64,000 nt of DNA from Octopus vulgaris (GCA_951406725.2 OX597824.1:20832001-20896000), one strand, 5' to 3'. Positions 1-14,900 are shown, counted from the first letter of the stretch. Made by a program: numbers and translations. The notes: generated from the letters alone by a model not told the origin.

Positions 1-3000
1 GAAACGGTTTAATCCGGTTTAAACCGGTTTGATCTGGTTTGAACCGGTTTGTCGGCACCGTCTTTGATCTTTGTCGGCACCGTCTTTGATCTCTGACATT
101 CCTGACATTATTGACATTTGAACCGGTCTGATCCGGTTTGAACCGGTTTGAACCGGTTTCATCCGGTTTGATGCGGTTTGAACCGGTTTAATCCGGTTTG
201 ATGCGGTTTGAACCGGTTCATCGGCCCCGTTTTTGATCTTTGTCGGCACACTCTTTGATCTGTGTCAGCACCGTCTTTGATCTCAGACATTCCTGACATT
301 CCTGACATTTGAACCGGTTTGATCCGAATTTGAACCGGTTGGAACCGGTTTAATACGGTTTGAACCGGTTTGAACCGGTTTGTCGCCACCGTCTTTGATC
401 TTAGTCGGCACACACTTAGATCTCTGTCGGCACCGTCTTTTATCTATGACATTCCTCCCATTCCAGACATTCCTGACATTCCAGACGTTCCTGACGTTCC
501 TGACATTCCTGACATTTGAACCGATTTCATCCGGTTTGAACCGGTTTAATTCGGTTTGAACCGGTTTGATGCGGTTTGGACCGGTTTATCTGCATCGTGT
601 TTGATCTTTTTGGCACACTCTTTGATCTCTGTCGGCACCGTCTTTGATCTCTGACATTCCATACATTACAGACATTCCTGAATATCCTGACATTTGATCC
701 GGTTTGATTCGGTTCGATCCGGTTTGAACCGATTTGATCTGGTATGAACCGGTTTGATCTGGTTTGAAACGGTTTAATCCGGTTTGAACCGGTTTGCACC
801 GTTTTGAACCAGTTTGAACCTGTTAGAACCGGTTTGAACCGGTTTGTCGACACCGTCTTTGATCTTTGTCGGCACCCTCTTTGATCTCTGTCGGCACCGT
901 CTTTGATCTCTGACATTCCTGACATTCCCGACATTCCAGACATTCCTGACATTCCAGACATTCCTGACATTCCAGACATTCCAGACATTCCTGACATTCC
1001 AGACATTCCTGACATTCCTAACATTCCAGACATTCCTGACATTCCAGACATTTGAACCGGTTAGAACCGGTTTGACGCGGTTTAAACCGGTTTGATCCGG
1101 TTTGAACCAGTTTGACCAGGTTTAAACCGGTTTGATCCGGTTTGAACCGGTTTGTCGGCACCGTCTTTGATCTTTGTCGAAACACTCTTTGATCTCTGTC
1201 GGCACCGTCTTTGATCTATGACATTCATGACATTCCTGACATTTTAACCAGTTTGATCAGGTATGATCCGGTTTGAACTGGTTTGGTCCGGTTTGAAATG
1301 GTTTAATCCGGTTTGAACTGGTTTGATCTAGTTTGAACCGGTTGTTCGCCTCCGTCTTTCATCTTGGTCGGCACACTCTAGATCTCTGTCGGCACCGTCT
1401 TTCATCTATGACATTCCTCATATTCCAGACATTCCTGACATTCCAGACATTCCTGACATTACTGACATTCCAGACATTCCTGACATTCCTGACATTTGAA
1501 CCGGTTTGATCCGGTTCGAACTGGAGATCAAAGACGGTTTGATCTGGTTTGGACCGGTTTGTCGACATTCCTGATATTTGTCGGCACCATCTTTGATCTT
1601 TGTCGGCACACTCTTTGATCTATGTCGACACTGTCTTTGATCTCTGATATTCCTGACATTCCAGACATTCCTGACATTCCAAACATTCCTGACATTTCAG
1701 ACATTCCAGACATTCCTGATATTCCTGACATTCCAGACATCCTGACATTCCAGACATTCCTGACATTCTAGACATTCCTGACATTCCAGATATTCCTGAC
1801 ATTCCAGACATTCCTGACATTCCTGACATTCCAGGCATTCCTGACATTCCACACATTCCTGACATTCCATAAATTCCAGACATTCCTGACATTCCAGACA
1901 TTCCTGACATTCCAGACATTCCTGACATTCCAGACATTCCAGACATTCCTGACATTCCAGACATTCCTGACATTCCAGACATTCCTAACATTCCAGACAT
2001 TCCTGACATTTGATCCGGTTTGAACCGGTTTGTCCGCACCGTCTTTGATCTTTGTCGAAACACTCTTTGATCTCTGTCGGCACCGTCTTTGATCTATGAC
2101 ATTCCTGACATTCCTGACATTCCTGACATTTTAACCAGTTTGATCAGGTATGATCCGGTTTGAACTGGTTTGGTCCAGTTTGAAATGGTTTAATCCGGTT
2201 TGAACCGTTTGATCTAGTTTGGACCGGTTGTTCGCCTCCGTCTTTCATCTTGGTCGGCACACTCTAGATCTCTGTCGGCACCGTCCTTGATCTATGACAT
2301 TCCTCATATTCCAGACATTCCTGACATTCCTGACATTCCAGACATTACTGACGTTCCAGACGTTCCTGACATTCCTGACATTTCTGACATTTGAACCGGT
2401 TTGATCAGGTTTGAATTGGTTTGAACCGTTTTAATCCCGTTTGAACCGGTTTGATGCGGTTTGGACCGGTTTATCGTAACCATATTTGATCTTTGTTGGC
2501 ACACACTTTGGTCTCTGTTTGCACCGTCTTTGATCTCTGACATTCCATACATTCCAGACATTCCTGACATTTGTCGCCACCGTCTTAGATCTAAGTCGAC
2601 ACACTCTTAGACCTCTGTCGGCACCGTCTTTGATATATGACATTCCTGACATTCCTGACATTCCTGACATTCCTGACATTCCACACATTCCTGTCATTCC
2701 TGACATTCCACACATTCCTGACATTCCTGACATTCCACACATTCCTGACATTTTTGACATTCCTGATATTTGAACCGGTTTCATTCAGTTTGAACCGGTA
2801 TGATGCAGTTTGGACCGGTTTATCGGCACCGTCTTTGATCTTTGTTTGCACACTCTTTGATCACTGTCGGCACCGTCTTTGATCTCAGACATTCCATACA
2901 TTCCATACATTCCTGACATTCGTGAGATTTAATCCGGTTTGATTCCTGACATTCCTGACATTCCAGGCATTCCTGACATTCCTGACATTCCAGACATTCC

Positions 3001-5953
3001 TGACGTTCCTGACATTCCAGACATTCCTGACATTCCAGACATTCCTGACATTCCTGACATTCCAGACATTCCAGACATTCCTGACATTCCTGAGATTTAA
3101 TCCGGTTTGAACCGGTTTGATAAGATTTGGACCGTTTTGTCGGCACCGTCTTTGATCTTTGTCAGCACCCTCTTTGATCTCTGTCGGCACCGTCATTGAT
3201 CTCTGACATTCCTGACATTCCTGACATTCCATTCCTAACATATCAAACCGGTTCAAACCGGTTCAAACCTGGTCAAAACGGTTCAAACTGGATCAAGCTT
3301 GATCGAACCGGTTCAAATGTCAGGAATGTCGGGAATGTCAGGAATGTCCGGAATGTCTGGAATGTCTGGAATGTCTGGAATGTCAGGAATGTCTGGAATG
3401 TCTGGAATGTCAGGAATGTCTTGAATGTCAGGAATGTCTGCAATTTCAGGAATGTCTGGAATTCGGAATGTGAGGAATGTCATGGATCAAAGACGGTGCC
3501 GACAGAGATCAAAGAGTGTGCCGACAAAGATCAAAGACGGTGCCGACAAAGATCAAAGACGGTGCCGACAAACCAGTACAAACCGAATCAAACCGGTTCA
3601 GACCGGTCCAAACCGGTTGAGACCGGGTCAAACCGGTTGAAACCGGATATAACCAGATGAAACCGGTTCAAACCGTATCAAACCGGTACAAACCGTTTCA
3701 AACCGGTTCAAACCGGATCAAATTGGTTCAAACCGGTTCAAACCAGATCAAACCGGTTCAAACCGGATCAAATTGTTTCAAACTGTATCAAGCCTGATCG
3801 AACCGGTTCAAATGTCAGGAATGTCAGGAATGTCTGGAATGTCTGGAATGTCCGGAATGTCTGGAATGTCAAGAATGTCTGGAATGTCAGGAATTTCTGG
3901 AATGTCAGGAATGTCTGGAATGTGAGGAATGTCAGAGATCAAAGACGGTGCCGACAAAGATCAAAGAGTGTGTTTACAGAGATCAAAGATGAGGCCGACA
4001 GAGATCGAAGAGGGTGCCGACATAGATCAAAGATGGTGCCGAGAGAGATCAAAGAGGATGCCGACAGAGTTCAAAGAGGGTGCCGACAGAGATCGAAGAG
4101 GATGTCAACAGAGATCAAAGAGTGTGCCGACAGAGATCAAAGAGGAATGTTCACACAGATCAAAGAGGAGTGTTCGCACAGATCAAAGAGGTTGCCGACA
4201 GAGATCAAAGACGGTGCCGAAAGAGATCAAAGAGGAGTGTTGACACAGATCAAAGAGGATGCCGACATAGATCAAAGAGGGTGCCGACATAGATCCAAGA
4301 GGGTACCGAGATAGATCAAAGAGAGTGCCGACATAGATCAAAGCGGCTTTCGATAGATATCAAAGAGGGTGCCGACAGAGATCAAAGAGGGTGCCGACAG
4401 AGATTAAAGAGGGTGCCGACAGAGATCAAAGTGATCAAAGAGGGTGCCGACATAGATCAAAGAGGGGTGTTGACACAGATCAAAGTGATTAAAGAGAGTG
4501 CCGATATAGATCAAAGAATGTCAGGAATGTCAGGAATGTCTGCAATGACAGGAATGTCTGGAATGTCTGGAATGTCTAGATTGTCATGAATGTTTGGAAT
4601 GTCAGGAATGTCTGGAAGTTCAGGAATAATTGGAATGTGAGGAATGTGAGAGATCAAAGACGGTGCCGACAGAGATCAAAGGGTGTACCTACAAAGATCA
4701 AAGATGTTGCCGACAAACCGGTACACACCAGATCAAACCGGTTCAAACCGGATCAAACCGGTATAAACTGGATCAAACCTATTCAAACCGGTACAAACCG
4801 AATCAAACCGGATCAAGACGGATCAAACCCGTTCAAACCGGTTCAAACTGGATCAAGCCTGATGGAACCAGTTCAAATGTCAGGAATGTCTCAAATGTGA
4901 GGAATGTGAGGAATGTCAGAGATCAAAGACGGTGCCGACAGAGAGCAAAGAGTGTGCCGACAGAGACCGAAGACGGTGCCGACAGAGATCAAAGAGTGTG
5001 GCGACAAATATCAAAGACGGTGCCGACAGAGATCAATGAGTGTGCCGATAAAGATCAAAGACAGTGCTGACAAACCGGTACAAACCCGATCAAACCGGAT
5101 CAAACCGGTTCAAACCGGATCAAAACGGTTCAAACCGGATCAAAACGGTTCAAACCGGATCAAACGGGTTCAAACCAGATTAAACCGGTTCAAACCGGAT
5201 CAAACCAAATCAAACCGGCTCAAACCGGATCAAACTGGTTCAAACCGGTTCAAACAGGATCAAGCTGGTTCAAACTGGTTCAAATCTGATCGAACCGGTT
5301 CAAATGTCAGGAATGTCAGAGGGTGCCGACAGAGGTCAAAGAGGGTGTCGACAGAGATCAAAGAGGGTGCCGACAGAGATCAAAGAGGGTGTCGACAGAG
5401 ATCAAAGATGATGCCGACAGAGATCAAAGAGGAGTGTTCACAAAGATCAAAGAGGGTGCAGACAGAGATCAAAGAGGAGTGTTTACGCAGATAAAAGAGG
5501 AGTGTTGACACAGATCAAAGAGGGTGCCGACAGAGATCAAAGAGAATGCCGATATAGATCAAAGAGGGTGCCGACAGAGATCAAAGAGGGTGCCGATATA
5601 GATCGTAGATGGTGCCGACAGAGATCAAAGAGGGTGCCGACAGAGTTCAAAGAGGGTGCCGACAGAGATCGAAGAGGATGTCGACAAAGATCAGAGAGGG
5701 TGCCGACAGAGATCAAAGAGAGTGCTGGCAGAGATCAAAGAGGAGTGTTGACACAGATCAAAGAGGGTGCCGACAGAGATCAAAGAGGGTACCGACAGAG
5801 ATGAAAGAGAGTGCCGATAGAGATCAAAGAGAGTGTCGACAGAGATCAAAGAGGATGCCGACATAGATCAAAGAGGGTACCGACATAGATGAAAGAGGGT
5901 GCCGACAGAGATCCAAGAGGGTACCGACATAGATCAAAGAGGGTGCCGACAGA
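1..5953. repeat. Compound satellite of alternating 9-bp (GACATTCCW), 10-bp (TTGAACCGGT-like) and 22-bp (TTTGATCTCTGTCGGCACCGTC-like) sub-arrays; orientation flips at ~3240
   Basis: Units read directly. C-rich orientation 1-~3235, reverse-complement orientation ~3244-5953. The MSGMSG, NRFKPVQTG and RDQRGCRQRSK ORFs are translations of these units. Confidence 0.95.
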
Positions 5954-8900
5954 GCTAAGCCAAATAGCTAACCCAAATAGCCAACCCAAATAGCCAAACC
6001 AAATAGCCAAGCCAAAAAGCAAACCCAAATAGCCCACCCAAATAGCCAACCCAAATAACCTACCCAAATAGCCTAGCAAAATAGCTAAGCCAAATAGCCA
6101 ACACTAATAGCAAACCCAAATAGCCAACCCAAATAGTCAAGCCAAATAGCTAACCCAAATAGCCAACCCAAATAGCCAACCCAAATAGCCAACCCAAATA
6201 GCCTAGCCAAATAGCTAAGGCAACTATCAAACCCAAATAGGACACACAAATAGCTAACCCAAATATCCAAGCCAAATGACCAAGCTAAATAGCCTAGCCA
6301 AATAGCCAAGCCAAATAGCCAAGCCAAATACCAAATAGCCAAATAGCCAACCCAAATAGGAAGCCCAAATAGCCAACCCAAACTGCAAAGCCAAATAGCC
6401 AACCCAAATAGCTAACCCAAATAGCAAACCCAAAAAGCCAACCCAAATAGCCAACACAAATAGCAATGCCAAATAGCCAACCAAATAGCTAACCCGAATA
6501 GCCAACCCAAATCGCCAACCCAAACAGCCAAGCCAAATAGCCAAGCCAAAAAGCCAAGCCAAATAGCCAAGCCAAATAGCCAACACCAATAGCAAACCCA
6601 AATAGCCACGCCAAATAGCCAAGTCAAATAGCAACCCAAAATAGCCAACCCAAATAGCCAAGCCAAATTGCCAAGCCAAATAGCAAACCCAAATAGCCAA
6701 CCCAAATAACCTAGCCAAATAGCTAAGCCAAATAGCCATCCCAAATAGCCAAGCCAAATAGCCAAGTCATATAGCAATTTGGGTTGGCTATTTGGGTTGG
6801 CTATTTGGGTTTGCTATTTGGTTTGGCTATTTGGCTTGCCTATTTGGGTTTGCTATTTGGCTAGGCTATTTATGTTGGCCATTTGGGTTTGCTATTTGAG
6901 TTGGCTATTTGGCTTGCCTATTTGGCTAGGCTATTTGGTTTGGCTGTTTCGGCTGGCTATTTGGGTTTACACTTTGGCTTGACTATTTGGCTTGGCTATT
7001 TGGGTTAGCTATTTGTGTGTGCTTTTTGGGATGGCTATTTGTTTAGCTATTTGGCGAGGCTATTTGGCTGTTAGCCAACCCAAAAAGCAAATCCAAATAG
7101 CCAACTCAAATAGCTAACCCAAATAGCCAACCCAAATAACCTAGTCAAATAGCTAAGCCAAATAGCCAACCCAAATAGCCAACTCAAATAACTAACCCAA
7201 ATAGCCAACCCAAATAGCCAAGCCAAATAGCCGAGCCAAATAGCCAAGCCAAATTGCCCAGCCAAATTTCCTAGCCAAATGCCAAGCCAAATAGCCAACA
7301 CAAATAGCATACCCAAATAGCAAACCCAAATAGCAAAGCCAAAGAGCAAACCAAAACAGCCAACCCAAATAGCCAAGCCAAATTGCCAAGCCAAATAGCA
7401 AACCCAAATAACCAACCCAAATAGCCAACCCAAATAGCCAAGCCAAATAGCCTAGCCAAATAGCTAAGTCAAATAGCCAACACAAATAGCCAACCCAAAA
7501 AGCCAATCCAAAAAGCCAACCCAAACAGCCAACCGAAATAGCCAAGCCAAATAACCAAGCCAAATAGGCAACCCAAATAGCCAAGCCAAAAAGCTAAGCC
7601 AATTAGCCAACACAAATAGCATACCCAAATAGCCAACCCAAAAAGCCAAGCCAAATTGCCAACCCAAATAGATATCCAAAATAGCCAAGCCAAATAGCAA
7701 ACCCAAATAGGCAAGCCAAATAGCCAAACCAAATAGCCAACCCAAAGTTGGCTATTTGAGCTAGACAACCCAAATAGGCAAGCCAAATCGCCATGCCAAA
7801 TAGCCAACCGAAATAGCAAAGCCAAATAGCCAACCCCAATAGCCAACCCAAATAGCCAAACCAAATAGCCTAGCCAAATAGCCAAGCCAAATAGCCAACT
7901 CAAATAGCAAACCCAAATAGCCAACACAAATAGCCTAGCCAAATAGCAAAGCCAAATAGGCAAGCCAAATAGCCAAACCAAATAGGCAAGCCAAATAGCC
8001 AACCCAAATAGCAAACATAAATAGTCAACCCAAATAGCCAAGCCAAATAGCCAAGCCAAATAGCAAACCAAAACAGCCAACCCAAACAGCAAACACAAAT
8101 AGCCAACCCAAATAACCTAGCCAAATAGCCAACCCAAATAGCAAATCCAAATAGCCAACTCAAATAGCTAACCCAAATAGCCAAGCCAAATGACCAAGCC
8201 AAATAGCCTAGCCAAAAAGCCAAGCCAAATAGCCAAATAGTTAAGCCAAATAGCCAAGCCAAATAGCTAACCCGAATAGCCAACCCAAATAGCCCACCCA
8301 AATAGCCATGCCAAATAGCCAAGCCAAATTTCCTAGCCAAATAGCCAACACAAATAGCGTACTCAAATAGCCAACCCAAATAGCCAAGCCAAATAGCGAA
8401 CCAAAATAGCCAACCCAAATAGCCAAGCCAAATTGCCAAGCCACATAGCAAACCCAAATTGCCAACCCAAATAGCAAACACAAATAGCCAACCCCAAATA
8501 TCCAAGCCACATAGCCAAGACAAATAGCCTAGCCAAATAGCTAAGACAAATAGCCAACACAAATAGCATACCCAAATATCCAATCCAAAATGCCAAGCCA
8601 AATAGCAAACCCAAATAGCCATGCCATATTTGAGTTGGCTATTTGGCTTGGCTATGTGGCTAGGCTATTTGGTTTGGCTATTTGGCTTGGCTCTTTGGAT
8701 TGGCTACTTGGGTTTGCTATTTGAGTTGGCTATTTGGCTTTGCTATTTCGGTTGGCTATTTGGGTTTGGTATTTCGGTTGGCTATTTGGCTTGGCGATTT
8801 GGCTTGCCTATTTGGGTTGTCTAGCTCAAATAGCCAACTTTGGGTTGGCTATTTAGGTTAGCTATTTGAGTTGGCTATTTGGATTGGCTTTTTGGGTTTG

Positions 8901-11900
8901 CTATTTGACTTGGCAATTTGGCTTGGCTTATTTAAGTATGCTATTTGGCTTGGCTATTATGGTTGGCTATTTGGCATGGCTATTTGGGTTGGCTATTATG
9001 GTTGGCTATTTGGCATGGCTATTTGGGTTGGCTATTTGTGTTGGCTATTAGGGCTAAGCATTTGGCTTGGCTATTTGGGTTAGCTATTTGAGTTGGCTAT
9101 TTGGATTTGCTTTTGCGTTGGCTATTTGGCTAGGCTATTTGGGTTGGTATTTGTGTTTGCTGTTTGGGTTGGCTATTTTGGTTTGCTATTTGGCTTGGCT
9201 ATTTGGGTTTGCTATTAGTGTTTGCTATTTGGCTTAACTATTCGGCTCGGCTATTTGTGTTGGCTATTTGAATTGGCTTTTGGGTTTGCTATTTGACTGG
9301 CAATTTGGCTTGGCTCTTTGGGTTGGCGATTTTGGTTTGCTATTTTGGTTTGCTATTTGGCTTGGCTATTTGGGTTAGCTATTTGTGTGTGCTTTTTGGG
9401 ATGGCTATTTGTCTTAGCTATTTGGCGAGGCTATTTGGCTGTTAGCCAACCCAAAAAGCAAATCCAAATAGCCAACTCAAATAGCTAACCCAAATAGCCA
9501 ACCCAAATAACCTAGTCAAATAGCTAAGCCAAATAGCCAACCGAAATAGCCAAGCCAAATAGCTAACCCAAATAGCCAACCCAAATACCCAAGCCAAATA
9601 GCCGGGCCAAATAGCCAAGCCAAATTGCCCAGCCAAATTTCCTAGCCAAATGCCAAGCCAAATAGCCAACACAAATAGCATACCCAAATAGCAAACCCAA
9701 ATAGCAAAGCCAAAGAGCAAACCAAAACAGCCAACCCAAATAGCCAAGCCAAATTGCCAAGCCAAATAGCAAACCCAAATAACCAACCCAAATAGCCAAC
9801 CCAAATAGCCAAGCCAAATAGCCTAGCCAAATAGCTAAGTCAAATAGCCAACACAAATAGCCAACCCAAAAAGCCAATCCAAAAGCCAACCCAAACAGCC
9901 AACCGAAATAGCCAAGCCAAATAACCAAGCCAAATAGGCAACCCAAATAGCCAAGCCAAAAAGCTAAGCCAATTAGCCAACACAAATAGCATACCCAAAT
10001 AGCCAACCCAAAAGCCAAGCCAAATTGCCAACCCAAATAGATATCCAAAATAGCCAAGCCAAATAGCAAACCCAAATAGGCAAGCCAAATAGCCAAACCA
10101 AATAGCCAACCCAAAGTTGGCTATTTGAGCTAGACAACCCAAATAGGCAAGCCAAATCGCCATGCCAAATAGCCAACCGAAATAGCAAAGCCAAATAGCC
10201 AACCCCAATAGCCAACCCAAATAGCCAAACCAAATAGCCTAGCCAAATAGCCAAGCCAAATAGCCAACTCAAATAGCAAACCCAAATAGCCAACACAAAT
10301 AGCCTAGCCAAATAGCAAAGCCAAATAGGCAAGCCAAATAGCCAAACCAAATAGGCAAGCCAAATAGCCAACCCAAATAGCAAACATAAATAGTCAACCC
10401 AAATAGCCAAGCCAAATAGCCAAGCCAAATAGCAAACCAAAACAGCCAACCCAAACAGCAAACACAAATAGCCAACCCAAATAACCTAGCCAAATAGCCA
10501 ACCCAAATAGCAAATCCAAATAGCCAACTCAAATAGCTAACCCAAATAGCCAAGCCAAATGACCAAGCCAAATAGCCTAGCCAAAAAGCCAAGCCAAATA
10601 GCCAAATAGTTAAGCCAAATAGCCAAGCCAAATAGCTAACCCGAATAGCCAACCCAAATAGCCCACCCAAATAGCCATGCCAAATAGCCAAGCCAAATTT
10701 CCTAGCCAAATAGCCAACACAAATAGCGTACTCAAATAGCCAACCCAAATAGCCAAGCCAAATAGCGAACCAAAATAGCCAACCCAAATAGCCAAGCCAA
10801 ATTGCCAAGCCACATAGCAAACCCAAATTGCCAACCCAAATAGCAAACACAAATAGCCAACCCCAAATATCCAAGCCACATAGCCAAGACAAATAGCCTA
10901 GCCAAATAGCTAAGACAAATAGCCAACACAAATAGCATACCCAAATATCCAATCCAAAATGCCAAGCCAAATAGCAAACCCAAATAGCCATGCCATATTT
11001 GAGTTGGCTATTTGGCTTGGCTATGTGGCTAGGCTATTTGGTTTGGCTATTTGGCTTGGCTCTTTGGATTGGCTACTTGGGTTTGCTATTTGAGTTGGCT
11101 ATTTGGCTTTGCTATTTCGGTTGGCTATTTGGGTTTGGTATTTCGGTTGGCTATTTGGCTTGGCGATTTGGCTTGCCTATTTGGGTTGTCTAGCTCAAAT
11201 AGCCAACTTTGGGTTGGCTATTTAGGTTAGCTATTTGAGTTGGCTATTTGGATTGGCTTTTTGGGTTTGCTATTTGACTTGGCAATTTGGCTTGGCTTAT
11301 TTAAGTATGCTATTTGGCTTGGCTATTATGGTTGGCTATTTGGCATGGCTATTTGGGTTGGCTATTATGGTTGGCTATTTGGCATGGCTATTTGGGTTGG
11401 CTATTTGTGTTGGCTATTCGGGCTAAGCATTTGGCTTGGCTATTTGGGTTAGCTATTTGAGTTGGCTATTTGGATTTGCTTTTGCGTTGGCTATTTGGCT
11501 AGGCTATTTGGGTTGGCTATTTGTGTTTGCTGTTTGGGTTGGCTATTTTGGTTTTGCTATTTGGCTTGGCTATTTGGGTTTGCTATTAGTGTTTGCTATT
11601 TGGCTTGGCTATTCGGCTCGGCTATTTGTGTTGGCTATTTGAATTGGCTTTTTGGGTTTGCTATTTGACTTGGCAATTTGGCTTGGCTCTTTGGGTTGGC
11701 GATTTTGGTTTGCTATTTTGGTTTGCTATTTGGCTTGGCTATTTGGGTTAGCTATTTGTGTGTGCTTTTTGGGATGGCTATTTGTCTTAGCTATTTGGCG
11801 AGGCTATTTGGCTGTTAGCCAACCCAAAAAGCAAATCCAAATAGCCAACTCAAATAGCTAACCCAAATAGCCAACCCAAATAACCTAGTCAAATAGCTAA

Positions 11901-14900
11901 GCCAAATAGCCAACCGAAATAGCCAAGCCAAATAGCTAACCCAAATAGCCAACCCAAATACCCAAGCCAAATAGCCGGGCCAAATAGCCAAGCCAAATTG
12001 CCCAGCCAAATTTCCTAGCCAAATGCCAAGCCAAATAGCCAACACAAATAGCATACCCAAATAGCAAACCCAAATAGCAAAGCCAAAGAGCAAACCAAAA
12101 CAGCCAACCCAAATAGCCAAGCCAAATTGCCAAGCCAAATAGCAAACCCAAATAACCAACCCAAATAGCCAACCCAAATAGCCAAGCCAAATAGCCTAGC
12201 CAAATAGCTAAGTCAAATAGCCAACACAAATAGCCAACCCAAAAGCCAATCCAAAAAGCCAACCCAAACAGCCAACCGAAATAGCCAAGCCAAATAACGA
12301 AGCCAAATAGGCAACCCAAATAGCCAAGCCAAAAAGCTAAGCCAATTAGCCAACACAAATAGCATACCCAAATAGCCAACCCAAAAAGCCAAGCCAAATT
12401 GCCAACCCAAATAGATATCCAAAATAGCCAAGCCAAATAGCAAACCCAAATAGGCAAGCCAAATAGCCAAACCAAATAGCCAACCCAAAGTTGGCTATTT
12501 GAGCTAGACAACCCAAATAGGCAAGCCAAATCGCCATGCCAAATAGCCAACCGAAATAGCAAAGCCAAATAGCCAACCCCAATAGCCAACCCAAATAGCC
12601 AAACCAAATAGCCTAGCCAAATAGCCAAGCCAAATAGCCAACTCAAATAGCAAACCCAAATAGCCAACACAAATAGCTAGCCAAATAGCAAAGCCAAATA
12701 GGCAAGCCAAATAGCCAAACCAAATAGCCAAGCCAAATAGCCAACCCAAATAGCAAACATAAATAGTCAACCCAAATAGCCAAGCCAAATAGCCAAGCCA
12801 AATAGCAAACCAAAACAGCCAACCCAAACAGCAAACACAAATAGCCAACCCAAATAACCTAGCCAAATAGCCAACCCAAATAGCAAATCCAAAAAGCCAA
12901 GTCAAATAGCTAACCCAAATAGCCAAGCCAAATGACCAAGCCAAATAGCCTAGCCAAAAAGCCAAGCCAAATAGCCAAATAGTTAAGCCAAATAGCCAAG
13001 CCAAATAGCTAACCCGAATAGCCAACCCAAATAGCCCACCCAAATAGCCATGCCAAATAGCCAAGCCAAATTTCCTAGCCAAATAGCCAACACAAATAGC
13101 GTACTCAAATAGCCAACCCAAATAGCCAAGCCAAATAGCGAACCAAAATAGCCAACCCAAATAGCCAAGCCAAATTGCCAAGCCACATAGCAAACCCAAA
13201 TTGCCAACCCAAATAGCAAACACAAATAGCCAACCCCAAATATCCAAGCCACATAGCCAAGACAAATAGCCTAGCCAAATAGCTAAGACAAATAGCCAAC
13301 ACAAATAGCATACCCAAATATCCAATCCAAAATGCCAAGCCAAATAGCAAACCCAAATAGCCATGCCATATTTGAGTTGGCTATTTGGCTTGGCTATGTG
13401 GCTAGGCTATTTGGTTTGGCTATTTGGCTTGGCTCTTTGGATTGGCTACTTGGGTTTGCTATTTGAGTTGGCTATTTGGCTTTGCTATTTCGGTTGGCTA
13501 TTTGGGTTTGGTATTTCGGTTGGCTATTTGGCTTGGCGATTTGGCTTGCCTATTTGGGTTGTCTAGCTCAAATAGCCAACTTTGGGTTGGCTATTTAGGT
13601 TAGCTATTTGAGTTGGCTATTTGGATTGGCTTTTTGGGTTTGCTATTTGACTTGGCAATTTGGCTTGGCTTATTTAAGTATGCTATTTGGCTTGGCTATT
13701 ATGGTTGGCTATTTGGCATGGCTATTTGGGTTGGCTATTATGGTTGGCTATTTGGCATGGCTATTTGGGTTGGCTATTTGTGTTGGCTATTCGGGCTAAG
13801 CATTTGGCTTGGCTATTTGGGTTAGCTATTTGAGTTGGCTATTTGGATTTGCTTTTTGCGTTGGCTATTTGGCTAGGCTATTTGGGTTGGCTATTTGTGT
13901 TTGCTGTTTGGGTTGGCTATTTTGGTTTGCTATTTGGGTTGGCTATTTGGGTTTGCTATTAGTGTTTGCTATTTGGCTTGGCTATTCGGCTCGGCTATTT
14001 GTGTTGGCTATTTGAATTGGCTTTTTGGGTTTGCTATTTGACTTGGCAATTTGGCTTGGCTATTTGGGTTGGCGATTTTGGTTTGCTATTTTGGTTTGCT
14101 ATTTGGCTTGGCTATTTGGGTTGGCTATTTGGTTATGCTATTTGTGTTGGCTATTTGGCTAAGCATTTGGCTAGGCTATTTGACTTGGCTATTAGGGTTG
14201 GCTGTTTGGGTTGGCTATTTGGGTTTGCTTTTTGGCTTGACTATCTGGTGTGGCTCTTTGTGTTTGCTATTTGGGTTGGCTATTTGGGTTGGCTATTTAG
14301 GCTTCCTATTTGGGTTGGCTATTTGCTTTTGGCTTTGCTTTTGGCTAGGCTATTTGGCTTGGTCATTTGGCTTGGCTCTTTGGGTTGGCTATTTGTGTTT
14401 GCTATTTGGGTTGGCTATTTGTGTTTCCTATTTGGGTTGGATAGTTGGCTTGGCTATTTGGCTAGGCTATTTGGGTTGGCTATTTGGGTTGGCTATTTGG
14501 GTTAGCTATTTGGCTTGACTATTTGGGTTAGCTATTTGGGTTGGCTATTTTGGTTTGCTATTTGGTTTGGCTATTTGGGTTGGCTATTTGAGTATGCTAT
14601 TTGTGTTGGTTATTTGGCTTAGGATTTGGCTTGGCTATTTGGCTTGGCTATTTGGCTATTTGGCATAGCTATTTGGGTCGGCTATTTGGGTTGGCTATTT
14701 GGGTTAGCTATTTGGCTTGGCTATTTGGCTTGGCTATTTGGGTTCGCTATTTGAGTTGGCTATTTGGATTTGCTTTTTGCGTTGGCTATTTGGCTAGGCT
14801 ATTTGGGTTGGCTATTTGTGTTTGCTGTTTGGGTTGGCTATTTTGGTTTGCTATTTGGCTTGGCTATTTGGGTTTGCTATTAGTGTTTGCTATTTGGCTT

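Noticed and set aside
19-5866. ORFs with MSGMSG, NRFKPVQTG and DQRGCRQRSK repeats
   Set aside because: Translations of 9/10/22-bp satellite units, open in several frames and on both strands; no splice or domain evidence.
3920-5953. CRISPR-like appearance of the 22-bp repeats
   Set aside because: No unique spacers, no cas genes, eukaryotic context.
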